Positions 8,342 through 18,048 of a DNA stretch of 64,000 nucleotides are shown piece after piece. Location: NCBI RefSeq assembly GCF_002087085.1, contig NZ_MWQY01000001.1, positions 1 to 64,000 of the forward strand, in the 5' to 3' direction. The first letter of the stretch is position 1. Every line of letters begins with the position of its first letter. The notes under the pieces were generated by a model that saw only the letters and a list, made by a program, of their open reading frames with translations, was not told where the DNA came from and ran no database searches. Made by a program: the position numbers and the translations under genes.

Positions 8342-9846
8342 TTCCCGTCTCCTGTCCCGCAGATCCCCAGCATTGCCTCGCCGATCCTGCCGTGATCAAA
8401 CTGGTCACGCTGAAAGCCGGCGGTGATCTCTCCGTTATAGAGGACCAGCAGGCGGTCGGCGATTTCCAGGACCTCGTCGATATCGCTGGCAAGAAGCAGA
8501 ATCCCCGCACCCCTGTCCCGCAGACTCAGTATCCGCTGATAGACCTCCAGTCTGCCCTTGACATCGAGCCCCCAGGCCGGTTCGCAGAGAATGACCAGGC
8601 CGGAAGCCGAAAGGATTTCCCGGCCCAGAATAAGACGCTGCAGCATTCCCCCGGAGAGGGCGGAGGTCAGTGACCGGGGATGAGCAGAAATTCCGTATTC
8701 GGAAAGTAGCTCCCGGGTATAGCTCTCTTTTTTCTTTTCTCCCAGTATACCGTAACGGCTCAGTTCCTTCCGGACCAGCACAGCGGCGTTTTCCATGACC
8801 GGAAGCCCCAGGGCGGCCCCGCTCTCCAGCCGGTCGGAGGGTACCATGGCTATTCCGGCCATTTTTATCCTTTCCGGTTCCCGGGGGTAGGGTGTTCCCC
8901 CTGCCATGAGGATCTCTCCGGAGTCGGGTTGAACGGAGGCGTTGAGTATCCTCTCCAGGCAGTCCAGACCGTTCTCCCGGATGCCCGAGAGGGCAAGAAT
9001 CTCACCCCTGCGGAGGCTGAAGGAGATGTTCCGGATAAAGCTCTCCCGGGACCTCTTTGAAAGATTCCGGACTTCCAGGCAGATCCCCCCGGGACTGGAA
9101 GGGGTCAGTTCAGCAGCCCTGTCGCCGGTTCCCATGAGTATCCGGGATATCTCTTCCAGGGAGAGATCTCTTGCCTCGGTTTCGGCTATACTCTTCCCCT
9201 TTCGCAGCAGGGTAAGCCGGTGGGCGAGCTGCCGGACTTCCCGGATTTTATGGGAGACTATCAAAATGCCCATACCCTCCGCGGCGAGTTCCTGTAAAAG
9301 GGAAAAAAGGTTCTCCGTCTCCAGGGGGGTAAAGGAAGTGGAGGGTTCATCGAGGATCAGAAAATCCGGGGCCTTCAGCAGGGCTTCGACAATCATTGTC
9401 GCAGTGACCAGGTTGGCAGGTACCCGGTTTCCCCGGGTTGCCAGGGGAAGATCGATCCTGAGCCTTTCGGATATCCTCCTGATTTTTCCCGCTGCTTCAT
9501 CCCGTCCCTGTCCTGCCGGGTTCATCCCCAGGTGCAGGAACTCCTGTACCGTCAGGGAGGGGACCAGCCGGGGGTGCTGGGGAATATAGGCGATCTTCCC
9601 GCTTACTTTGGACCGGTTGTGCCGGGCAGCTGGAATACCGTCCATCAGAATCTCCCCGGAGTCGGGCCGGGTCATCCCGGCGATACAGCGCACCAGGGTG
9701 GTCTTTCCCGATCCGTTCTCCCCCAGAAGCCCGTGGATCTCTCCCCGCCGCAGATTGATGCCGGCTCCGTCGAGGGCCTTTACCTCTCCGTGGTTAAAAT
9801 ATTTGTGTATGTTCCGGGCCCTGATGGATCCTCCGCTGTCCGGCAT
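8338..9846 (-). CDS. ABC transporter ATP-binding protein with tandem ATPase domains, RfuB-like
   Basis: Walker A GENGSGKT, LILDEPS, second-domain LSGGMLQR and EPAWGLD. Confidence 0.9.
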   Translation of the reverse strand: MPDSGGSIRARNIHKYFNHGEVKALDGAGINLRRGEIHGLLGENGSGKTTLVRCIAGMTRPDSGEILMDGIPAARHNRSKVSGKIAYIPQHPRLVPSLTVQEFLHLGMNPAGQGRDEAAGKIRRISERLRIDLPLATRGNRVPANLVTATMIVEALLKAPDFLILDEPSTSFTPLETENLFSLLQELAAEGMGILIVSHKIREVRQLAHRLTLLRKGKSIAETEARDLSLEEISRILMGTGDRAAELTPSSPGGICLEVRNLSKRSRESFIRNISFSLRRGEILALSGIRENGLDCLERILNASVQPDSGEILMAGGTPYPREPERIKMAGIAMVPSDRLESGAALGLPVMENAAVLVRKELSRYGILGEKKKESYTRELLSEYGISAHPRSLTSALSGGMLQRLILGREILSASGLVILCEPAWGLDVKGRLEVYQRILSLRDRGAGILLLASDIDEVLEIADRLLVLYNGEITAGFQRDQFDHGRIGEAMLGICGTGDGK

Positions 9847-9879
9847 CGCTTACCCTTTTCCTCTGATGCTGCCCTGAGC

Positions 9880-10962
9880 CTATTCCTGTACCTTCACCGA
9901 ACCGTTCTTGAGCTCCTCAAGATGATTCTCGAGCTTCTCCCGCAGCTCTTGGCTTAAGTTTTCGGTGTAGGCGGGGTGATCGGTGATGAAAGTAATATAT
10001 CCCTCGGCTATCCCCACGGATTCCGCTGAGCCGAAGGGGAGTTCCCCCTCAATGGCCTTGAGGGTCATCTCCCGGGCCGCCCGATCCAGGTAAATTCGAG
10101 TGCTGCCGATAACGGTACCGGGGGCGACATCGTAGCCTGAGGAGTCGAACCAGATTACTCCCTTTCCTGCCTCCTGTGCCGCCGAGATCACCCCCTGGTT
10201 CGCCCCGCCGGCGATGGCCAGGATCACATTGACTCCGGAACGGAACATATCTCCGGCAAGTTCGGAGCCCTTCCCTGCGTCGTACCAGTTTCCCACAACC
10301 CGGAAATCAAGCTCTGCAGTCCCTGCCGCTGCCTCAGCGCCCTGCTGATAGCCCGGCCGGATCGAGCGGAGCATCTCCGGATACTCCTGACCTGCAATGA
10401 GGCCGACTTTTACAGTCCCTTCCGCCTGCTTCTCTCTGGCCACGAGGCCCGCGAAATAGCCGGCGAGATACCCCTGTTCCCGCTGGTTGAAACGGAAGGT
10501 GAAGATCGAGGGATTCCCTTCGATGTGTCCGTCCAGGACCAGGAAGCGGGCTTCAGGGTAGGACCTTGAGACCTCTGCACAGATCTCCGGCATCGCAGGG
10601 TTCGAAGTAACGATGAGGTCGTAGCGGCCGGAAGCTGCCAGGGAGCTCAGCTTCGTTAACCATTCTCCCTGATTGAATCCGCCTTCGACAACCGAAACTT
10701 CCACACCGGATTTTCCCCGGGCTGCCGCCTCGACTCCTTCGACCATCATCTCGTAGGTAGGGCTTCCGGCCACTACCCCGGGGACGAAAACCGCTATGGA
10801 GCCGACTGCCCCGGGGGCCTCCTGTTGTGCTTCTTCCGTCTGAGCCTCCTTCGGACTGCAGGAACTGAGGAAGAGAAAACCTGCCACCACAAAAAGGAGT
10901 ACTGCAAAACGGGTAATCCCCGGTACAGAGAAATTGAGTTTGCCTTGTAATACGCGGTTCAT
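9880..10962 (-). CDS. BMP family substrate-binding lipoprotein, probable riboflavin-binding RfuA-like
   Basis: Lipobox-like FLSSC; VFVPGVVAGSPTYEM, YLAGYFAG and VGNWYDA motifs; GGAGG RBS before ATG 10962; lies downstream of an FMN riboswitch. Confidence 0.85.
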   Translation of the reverse strand: MNRVLQGKLNFSVPGITRFAVLLFVVAGFLFLSSCSPKEAQTEEAQQEAPGAVGSIAVFVPGVVAGSPTYEMMVEGVEAAARGKSGVEVSVVEGGFNQGEWLTKLSSLAASGRYDLIVTSNPAMPEICAEVSRSYPEARFLVLDGHIEGNPSIFTFRFNQREQGYLAGYFAGLVAREKQAEGTVKVGLIAGQEYPEMLRSIRPGYQQGAEAAAGTAELDFRVVGNWYDAGKGSELAGDMFRSGVNVILAIAGGANQGVISAAQEAGKGVIWFDSSGYDVAPGTVIGSTRIYLDRAAREMTLKAIEGELPFGSAESVGIAEGYITFITDHPAYTENLSQELREKLENHLEELKNGSVKVQE

Positions 10963-11048
10963 AAAAACTGCCTCCAGAAAACGCATCGGGGGCAGATGAG
11001 AGAAAGTAGAGCGGGCCCTCCCGGAAAAATCCGGAACGGCTGGTTCTA

Positions 11049-11186
11049 TTTTCTTCTCCCATCCAGACTTTCACTGTCGGTTTCGGAATCCCACCGAATC
11101 CCCCCTGTGCCGTCTCAACGAAACCGGTACAGGGATTGCGGACTGTTACCGCCGGTCGGGACTTTAGGTCCCTCCCTCGAAGAAAA
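11049..11186 (-). ncRNA. FMN riboswitch (RFN element), variant
   Basis: Minus strand ...cccgaccggcggt..agtccgc...gattcggtgggattccgaaaccgacagtgaaagtctggatgggagaaga matches the RFN consensus; P1 ttcttc/gaagaa. Confidence 0.92.
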
Positions 11187-11199
11187 TATATCTGCGTCA

Positions 11200-11229
11200 A
11201 ATATATTTCCTTTTTACCCTGAATGTCAA
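11200..11229 (-). promoter_or_regulatory. sigma70 promoter for the riboswitch-ABC operon
   Basis: TTGACA-18nt-TATATT on the minus strand just upstream of the aptamer. Confidence 0.65.
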
Positions 11230-11364
11230 TCTTGGCCGTTCAGGCAGGCGCCTGAGGCTTTACTTGACCCCCACACTGAACTAATGATAGGTTTGACCGG
11301 TATTCACCAGTAACTCCTAGCCTAGCGTTTGCTTCCGGAACGCACGAGAAGATGGGGACAACCT

Positions 11365-12672
11365 TTGAGCATATCTAAACCCGGTACTTTGGGAATCATC
11401 GCCTGTCCGGGCGGAGCGAGTTTCGCCAGGGAATTATTGCCGCACTTGCGATCCATTTATGCCCGCAAGTACCAGCGCATGGCCACACGCCTCGCCAAAC
11501 GGTATAAAATAGACAAGGAAAAGGCCATTGAGCAGATCAACTTCGTACAGGATCTGCATATTCCCTCCCAGAATCACGGCTTTTTCGGGGAACACTACCG
11601 TCCGCCCTCCTTTGAGATTCCAACCCGTTTTACCCGTTTTGCCAATGGAGAGTTCAAGGCGGAGATTCTCTCTTCGGTCCGGGGCATCGATCTGTATGTA
11701 ATTCAGGATGTGGAAAACCACTATCCCGTGCCTTTGAACGGGGAAGAGACTACCCTGAGTCTGAACGATCACATGTTTATTCTCTTCGTCACCATCGATG
11801 CCGCGATCCAGGCGGGAGCCCGCAGTGTAACCCTGGTGCTGCCGGTGTATCCCTATTCCAGGCAGCATAAGCGCAAAGGCCGGGAGAGTCTGACTGCTGC
11901 ATGGTTCGGCAGAATCTGCGAGTTCATGGGGGTTGGACGCATTATTACCCTGGACATCCACTCCCGGGAGATTCAGAATACCTTTCATCGGACTGCCATC
12001 GAGAATCTTCATGCCTCGTATCAGATTCTCAGGTCCCTTTCACGGCTGGTTGATCTGGTCCATGAGGACCTGGTTGTTGTGGCTCCGGATACCGGCGCGG
12101 TGGACCGCAACAAGTTTTACGCCGTGAGCCTGCATAAACCCCTGGCCCTTCTGTACAAGGAGCGGGACTATTCCAAGGTGAGTCAGGCGGGGGACAGCAA
12201 TATAACCAGTATAAACCTTCTCGGACACGTGGAAGGGAAAACCGTTTTCATGGCAGACGACATGCTTGGCACAGGCGGTACCCTTATCAAGGCAATGACC
12301 CATCTGAAGGAGGTGGGCGCCGAGAAAATCATCTGCGCCATCAGTCTGCCCCTCTTTACCGGCAGGGCCATCGAGGAGTTCGATGCAGCCTATCAGAAGG
12401 GGCTGTTTTACCGCATCATCGGCACCAATGCCGTTTACCATGACGAAACCCTCCTGGAAAAGGAGTGGTTTGTCTCCGCCAATATCGCCAACCTCTTTTC
12501 CAGAATTATCTCCAGGCTGCACCACGGCCGTTCCCTGAGTCCTCTCCTGGACAACCGAAAGATCATTCAGCGTCTTCTGTCCCAGGTGGCAGCCGAGGGC
12601 GGAGAAGATGAGCTTCCCTTCGACCGGGAGCCTTCATCCAGAGAGCCCGGGGAGAAGGAGAGAGGGGAATAG
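11365..12672 (+). CDS. prs: Ribose-phosphate pyrophosphokinase
   Basis: FANGEFK, PYSRQHKRKGRE, TLDIHS, APDTGA and DDMLGTGGT motifs; start (TTG 11365) uncertain. Confidence 0.9.
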   Translation: MSISKPGTLGIIACPGGASFARELLPHLRSIYARKYQRMATRLAKRYKIDKEKAIEQINFVQDLHIPSQNHGFFGEHYRPPSFEIPTRFTRFANGEFKAEILSSVRGIDLYVIQDVENHYPVPLNGEETTLSLNDHMFILFVTIDAAIQAGARSVTLVLPVYPYSRQHKRKGRESLTAAWFGRICEFMGVGRIITLDIHSREIQNTFHRTAIENLHASYQILRSLSRLVDLVHEDLVVVAPDTGAVDRNKFYAVSLHKPLALLYKERDYSKVSQAGDSNITSINLLGHVEGKTVFMADDMLGTGGTLIKAMTHLKEVGAEKIICAISLPLFTGRAIEEFDAAYQKGLFYRIIGTNAVYHDETLLEKEWFVSANIANLFSRIISRLHHGRSLSPLLDNRKIIQRLLSQVAAEGGEDELPFDREPSSREPGEKERGE

Positions 12673-12677
12673 CGGGT

Positions 12678-14066
12678 ATGAGCCCCTCCCGCAGCCATCT
12701 TGCAGTCGACATCGGAACCAGCTCTCTCAAGGCAGCACTCCTTGATGATCATGGTTCCCCTCTGGGCAGCACAAAAGTCTCTTTTGCCGGAATGCCCGGG
12801 GCCGATCTTGGTGCATGGGACCCTTCTGTCTGGGATAGCGCCTTCCGACAGGCTCTGGGAACCCTGAAGGACGGGAAAAAAGCCTCATCTGTCACCATTT
12901 CCGGCAACGGTCCCACCCTGGTACCCCTGCAAAAGGACGGCAGTCTCGCCGGTCCCGCTCTGCTCTGGCTGCAGCGGAGGAGTCCCGCTGCGATACCCCC
13001 GGATTCTTCCTCATACTTTCTGCCCGCCGCCGGATGGTTTCGGGAGACGCAGCCTGATCTTTTTGAAAAGACAGCGGTATTCGTTACATGCCCGGGGTAT
13101 CTGAGCTATCGTCTCACCGGGCTGGCCTCCGCTGCCTGTCCCGGCCGGGATTTTTCCCCTTTCATGTGGGACTCCCCGCAGCTTTCCGCCTGGGGCTTCG
13201 AGGCGTCGCTTTTTCCGGATCTCCTTTTTACCGGTGACAGGATCGGCGGAGTGAGCGCCCGGGCCGCCGAAGAGTTCGGCCTCGGCAGGGGGGTTCCCGT
13301 ATATGCCGGGGGCCCTGATTACATGATGGCCATAATCGGGTCCGGGGCGGTCCGTCCCGGTATCAGCTGTGACCGGGCAGGCACTTCGGAGGGGATCAAC
13401 TACTGTTCCCTGCGGCCGGTGGATTCCGCCTTCTTGCGGACTCTCCCGCATGCAGTATCTGGCATGTATACCGTCGCCGGAATTCTCTCTTCCACCGGGA
13501 GGGTCTTTGAGTGGTTCCGAAGGATAACCAATCAGACATCCAGAAACTATGAAGATATTCTGCGGGAGATCTACGCTCTGCCCCTGGATGCCGGGTCTCC
13601 CCGTTTCTTTCCTTCCCGTCATCGCGGGCCGATCTGGGACTTCGATCAGGGAATTTTCGCCGGGCTGCAGCCTGATCATACCCATGTGGAGCTGGGTAAG
13701 GGGGTCGTTGAAGCCATCGCTTTCGGTATCCTGGATGTTGTGGAGACCCTGAACAAAGAGGGCTGTACGGTTGCTTCCCTCCGGGGTACCGGGGGGCAGT
13801 ACCGGAATCTTCACTGGAACCGGATGAAGGCGGATATCCTGGGGATTCCCCTGGAGATCCCCAGGGTCATAGACGCTGAACTGATCGGTAATCTCTCAGC
13901 AGCTCTGGTGGGCGAGGGTGTATACGCCGATCTTGCCCAGGCCGCTGAAGATCTGGTACAGATCGACGCGGTGATCGAGCCGGAGATGGACCGCCACGGC
14001 AGGTACCGGGAACTCTACCGGGAATACCGGGCAGCCTGCGATCTCATTCCCGGAACAGGCCCATGA
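12678..14066 (+). CDS. FGGY family carbohydrate kinase (xylulokinase-like)
   Basis: AVDIGTSSLKA, GGPD, GTSE, GTGG and KADILG motifs. Confidence 0.85.
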   Translation: MSPSRSHLAVDIGTSSLKAALLDDHGSPLGSTKVSFAGMPGADLGAWDPSVWDSAFRQALGTLKDGKKASSVTISGNGPTLVPLQKDGSLAGPALLWLQRRSPAAIPPDSSSYFLPAAGWFRETQPDLFEKTAVFVTCPGYLSYRLTGLASAACPGRDFSPFMWDSPQLSAWGFEASLFPDLLFTGDRIGGVSARAAEEFGLGRGVPVYAGGPDYMMAIIGSGAVRPGISCDRAGTSEGINYCSLRPVDSAFLRTLPHAVSGMYTVAGILSSTGRVFEWFRRITNQTSRNYEDILREIYALPLDAGSPRFFPSRHRGPIWDFDQGIFAGLQPDHTHVELGKGVVEAIAFGILDVVETLNKEGCTVASLRGTGGQYRNLHWNRMKADILGIPLEIPRVIDAELIGNLSAALVGEGVYADLAQAAEDLVQIDAVIEPEMDRHGRYRELYREYRAACDLIPGTGP

Positions 14067-14778
14067 TCCCCCGGTTGGTCTTGAGCCAGGCTTCGGCTTT
14101 CCTGTATTCGGGAAAGTAGTGTTTTACCAGACGCCAGTAAGCGGGTGAGTGGTTCAGCTGGCGCTGGTGGCAGAGTTCATGGATTATCAGATAATCCCTG
14201 ACCGCAGGGGGAATCATGATGATTCTCCAGTTCAGGGAGATGTTTCCCAGTCCCGAGGAGCTTCCCCATCGGGTCCTCTGGTTCCGGAAAAAGACTCTCT
14301 TGAAGCCGATATCGGTTATTCGGGAAATCTCCAGGGCCCTCTTTTCGATCTCGTCTTTTGCCAGCTTTATCAGCCATTTTTCCATGACCGCCAGGGAGGA
14401 TTCTTCGCTGCCGTCCAGGGTATCGACATACAGAACCTTGTCTTCTATTTCGACTCCGCCTCGTTTGCGGCGTCCCTTTTTTAAAACGACCCTGTACGGG
14501 ATGCCCCGTAAAAGCAGCCGTTGCAGAGGATCGTGCTGTTCCCGGTTTGCCTGCAGCCTGTTGAGGTGCTTCAATACCCAGTTGCGTTTGGCAGCCACGC
14601 CGGAGGCTATCTGGACAGCAGACAGCTCCCGTGGAGCGGAGACTGTTACCTTGCCTGCCTGTGAAATTCGTATGTTTATCCGCTTCTGTCCGGGACGACG
14701 TATAAGCTCGTACTCAAATCCCGGTCCCCGTACAACAGCCACAGAACCTCTATACCACGGAAGGCGGACTCTGTCCAT
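14044..14778 (-). CDS. YgjP/DUF45 (M48-like) metal-dependent hydrolase
   Basis: [22 protein letters not shown] and NHSPAYW motifs; start uncertain (14778 or 14841). Confidence 0.85.
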   Translation of the reverse strand: MDRVRLPWYRGSVAVVRGPGFEYELIRRPGQKRINIRISQAGKVTVSAPRELSAVQIASGVAAKRNWVLKHLNRLQANREQHDPLQRLLLRGIPYRVVLKKGRRKRGGVEIEDKVLYVDTLDGSEESSLAVMEKWLIKLAKDEIEKRALEISRITDIGFKRVFFRNQRTRWGSSSGLGNISLNWRIIMIPPAVRDYLIIHELCHQRQLNHSPAYWRLVKHYFPEYRKAEAWLKTNRGIMGLFRE

Positions 14779-16276
14779 CTTCCGGATTTTTTCTTCCGGC
14801 GATCTTGCTTCTGGGGAAACTGACGGTAAAAACGGTTCCATTTCCGGTTTCGAGGCTCAGGGAGCCTTCGATCTGCTGGGTCAGGGCCTGGATGAGGGTG
14901 AGTCCCAGGGATCCGTTTGGGTTTTCCAGGAGGGAAGGGTCCATTCCTTTTCCGTTATCTCCGACCGACAGGAGTACCCGCGTGTCTTCCGTCAAGGCTG
15001 TAACGCTTATTTTGCCGTTCCGGGGATCATCAAAGGCATGCTTCAGGGCATTGGTAAGCAGCTCTGTCAGAATAAGTCCGCACACCACGGCCTGATCGAG
15101 GCTCAGGTAGAGCCCCTCCATACGGATCTCGATTTTTGGGTGTATGCTGTCGGATATGTATAGTTGAAGTATGGAGGCGGAAAGCTGCCGTACGTACTCA
15201 GCCATATCGATGGAATGGAGTGTCTCCCCCGCGTAGATGGATTCATGGACCAGGGCCATGGCCCGTATGCGTACAACGCTGTCCTGGAGAATATGCTGCT
15301 GCCCCGGTTGAAGTTCGGAGGACTGGAGATTCAGCAGGGATGAGATGATCTGCAGGTTGTTCTTGACCCGGTGATGCACCTCCTTGAGCAGGACCTCCTT
15401 CTCCTTGAGGGATGTCTCGATCTGATCCCTGGAATTACGCAGGTGAATCAGCATGCTTCTGAAGTTGTACAGGAGGATTCTGACTTCTGAATGGTCCCTG
15501 ATATGGCTTGGAATACTGGTTTCTATTCTGTCGGGATTTTCAGCTATTCTGGAAAACTGATGAAGAAGAAAGTTGTATGCCTTGTAGTAGGGGCGGAAGA
15601 GCAGAACCAGGATCGCTGTAAAACCCAGGAGTACGCCGATTATTCCCAGAGCCCCGCTGCGGAAATGGCGAAGCAGAATAATGTTGATATCGTTTATGTA
15701 GAGCCCGGTGCCGATGTAGCTGTTGAGAGAGTCGACTCCCACCACATAGGATATCTTCTTCTCGGGGATCCTGCGGTCCGGTGTGGGGTAGTAATACTCC
15801 ACGTAGCCTTCCCCCTGTCTGGCGGTTTTAACCAGTTCCCGAATGGTGTATTTTCCGTTTACGTCCTGCATGTTCCACTGGTTTGTTCCCTCCATTTCCG
15901 GTTCGAAGGGCTGGACCAGGAAGATGCCGTCGTAGGTACTCATGAAGATGTAGTTCTTGGTTGCAGGATCGTCATAGACCAGGGACCGGAGTATTTTACG
16001 GACCTGACGTATCGCCTCGTCACGCTCAATTTCACCGGCCTCAAGGCGCTTGAGAATCGGCTCCACCACATTGAGACTCAGTACCACCAGCCTTTTTATC
16101 TCCTGCTTGCGCATATCGATCATGCTGGTCTGCAGGTGCAGTGCGAAAGTCAGGTTGAGGATCACTATTACCGCGATAGCTGTGACCAGGGAGGCAGCCA
16201 GGCGAAAGGTACTGCGGGAACTCAGCTTCGGTTTGTTCGGGAGGAGATCGGAATCATGGGGTTCCTGGGGTGTCAT
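14750..16276 (-). CDS. Cache-domain sensor histidine kinase, HisKA_2 family
   Basis: 2 TM around a single Cache-like domain (QDVNGK...GYVEYYY...KISYV); [30 protein letters not shown] and SLGL motifs. Confidence 0.92.
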   Translation of the reverse strand: MTPQEPHDSDLLPNKPKLSSRSTFRLAASLVTAIAVIVILNLTFALHLQTSMIDMRKQEIKRLVVLSLNVVEPILKRLEAGEIERDEAIRQVRKILRSLVYDDPATKNYIFMSTYDGIFLVQPFEPEMEGTNQWNMQDVNGKYTIRELVKTARQGEGYVEYYYPTPDRRIPEKKISYVVGVDSLNSYIGTGLYINDINIILLRHFRSGALGIIGVLLGFTAILVLLFRPYYKAYNFLLHQFSRIAENPDRIETSIPSHIRDHSEVRILLYNFRSMLIHLRNSRDQIETSLKEKEVLLKEVHHRVKNNLQIISSLLNLQSSELQPGQQHILQDSVVRIRAMALVHESIYAGETLHSIDMAEYVRQLSASILQLYISDSIHPKIEIRMEGLYLSLDQAVVCGLILTELLTNALKHAFDDPRNGKISVTALTEDTRVLLSVGDNGKGMDPSLLENPNGSLGLTLIQALTQQIEGSLSLETGNGTVFTVSFPRSKIAGRKNPEDGQSPPSVV

Positions 16277-16306
16277 ACGAATGAAACTATAAAAGAATAG
16301 AACAAA

Positions 16307-17674
16307 TCATACAAGCTTGGTAAGGATGTTCCGATTCCAGGTGGCCGCCTCCTGCTTTATCGATGAGAGCTGATTTCTGTTGAACCCCTCCCACTCCATG
16401 GGAAAGAATGTGTTGTTGTGGAAAAGGGGTTCCTCCGCCAGGGGAAAACGGCTCCTTTCGGTACAGCTGCTCCACAGGGGGCTTCCCGGGACGGGGGAGA
16501 ATTCGGCGATATGGATACGGACTCCGCCTGCCCGGGCTTCCCGGACCGAAGTTTCCACCTCATCGCTTCTCTGGTCCGGCAGTCCGGCAAGGATGTATAC
16601 CGCTATCTGCCGGGGCTTAAATCCTCCCCGGCGCAGTGCTTCCACCGCGGCGGTAAAGCTCCCTTCCCGGTACTTGCTTCCGTGGGATTCGTGAAAATCA
16701 GAGGATGAACTTTCATAGCCCAGCCTGAGTTCCCTGAAGCCGGCGCGCTTCATCAGCCGGGCTGTATCCGGGTCTATCCTGTTCAGATGCACCGCGTTGG
16801 GGGTATAAAACGACGGGGTCATCCCTTCAGCCAGTATTTTCTCAAGGAAGGGAATAAATACACTTTCGCTGTTGACCAGAAGCGCATCGTCGTAGAATGC
16901 GAAATTCCTCAGCCCGGCTTCGTAGAGCTGCCTGAACTGTGAGAAGCTCTTCTCCGGATCTCCCGCTGTAAAGCCTCCATGAAGGGCCCCGGAGGCGCAG
17001 TAGTCGCAGCGGTACGGGCAGCCCTCGTTCAGTCTCACTACCCCCGCGTCATCCCAGTATTCCAGGTCCGTCAGCGGATCAGGAAGGGGACCCGCGATTC
17101 CCGCCGGTGTCAGACCCGCCTTCCGCAGAAGCAGGTCGAGGGTCTCGCCGTCCAGCCGGGAAAGGACCGTATCCGCCCGGGTATGGGTTCGGCAGTGTTC
17201 AGGCATCAGGGAGGCGTATACACCCCCTGCAATGAGGGGAACCCCGGGAAAAAGGGATTTAAACATATTTCCTGCTTCTGCAGCTCCCTTGTACCAGTAT
17301 GTCATCCCCGTGCTCAGAAATGCGATATCCGGCCGGGCTTCACGCATCTTCTGCTGCATGACCTCCGGAAGAATCCCGTAGCGGGCAAAGCGCCGGTTGA
17401 GACCTTCGGGCAGGTACTCCTGCAGTATCGAGGGCATCTCCCGGGGAATGCGGAAGAATTTGCCGGTACCGTCGCTTTTTCTCTTCGCCGGACCCGCAAC
17501 CGCCTCGCTGAAGGGTTCTCTGTAATCCAGGGCGTTCAGGTATACTGTCTCGTAGCCACCCTTTCTCAGGGCCGCGGCCAGGCGGAACAGTCCGTAGGGC
17601 TTGAGAAAAAGGTCATAGAGGGCAAAGTCGTAGACCGGCGGGTTTATCAACAGGGCACGGGGTTTTTCCTTCAT
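16307..17674 (-). CDS. Radical SAM protein with an N-terminal B12-binding-like domain
   Basis: GCPYRCDYC (CxxxCxxC), N-terminal LLINPPVYDFA, GGVYASLMPEH and FYDDALL. Confidence 0.88.
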   Translation of the reverse strand: MKEKPRALLINPPVYDFALYDLFLKPYGLFRLAAALRKGGYETVYLNALDYREPFSEAVAGPAKRKSDGTGKFFRIPREMPSILQEYLPEGLNRRFARYGILPEVMQQKMREARPDIAFLSTGMTYWYKGAAEAGNMFKSLFPGVPLIAGGVYASLMPEHCRTHTRADTVLSRLDGETLDLLLRKAGLTPAGIAGPLPDPLTDLEYWDDAGVVRLNEGCPYRCDYCASGALHGGFTAGDPEKSFSQFRQLYEAGLRNFAFYDDALLVNSESVFIPFLEKILAEGMTPSFYTPNAVHLNRIDPDTARLMKRAGFRELRLGYESSSSDFHESHGSKYREGSFTAAVEALRRGGFKPRQIAVYILAGLPDQRSDEVETSVREARAGGVRIHIAEFSPVPGSPLWSSCTERSRFPLAEEPLFHNNTFFPMEWEGFNRNQLSSIKQEAATWNRNILTKLV

Positions 17675-17716
17675 TGTTTCGCATGCGTAGCCTATCACAG
17701 CTGTTTCCCGATGTCA

Positions 17717-18010
17717 TTATCTGTAGATCCCGAGAAAATACGGGGATGTAGGATCCTGGCCGGAAGCGGTACTGAAACGTAGAGTATGCAGCTCTCCCGG
17801 TGAATGAGCAGGCTGTAATCGGAGCACCTCTAAAAACTGCTCCTTTCCCCATATCCAGGGTCGTAAAGACTCTCCGCGGTCCTCAACTCCTGTTATCACA
17901 AGGGTTTGCGGGTGCTGTGAAATCCTTGCTTCCTGACCCGGGCAAAAATGCCAGCTTTTAGGGCTGCCCGTCATATAATCAGGCAGGAGTATATCGACAC
18001 GTCTTGGCAT
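17717..18010 (-). CDS. Hypothetical protein (97 aa)
   Basis: ORF fills the gap co-directionally upstream of the radical SAM gene; no recognisable motif. Confidence 0.45.
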   Translation of the reverse strand: MPRRVDILLPDYMTGSPKSWHFCPGQEARISQHPQTLVITGVEDRGESLRPWIWGKEQFLEVLRLQPAHSPGELHTLRFSTASGQDPTSPYFLGIYR

Positions 18011-18048
18011 GGAGATTGCTGTTTTTCTGCAGGAGGCGTGCTTTGTGT

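Noticed and set aside
10553..11313. ORFs overlapping the ABC operon leader
   Set aside because: Region is explained by the FMN riboswitch and promoters
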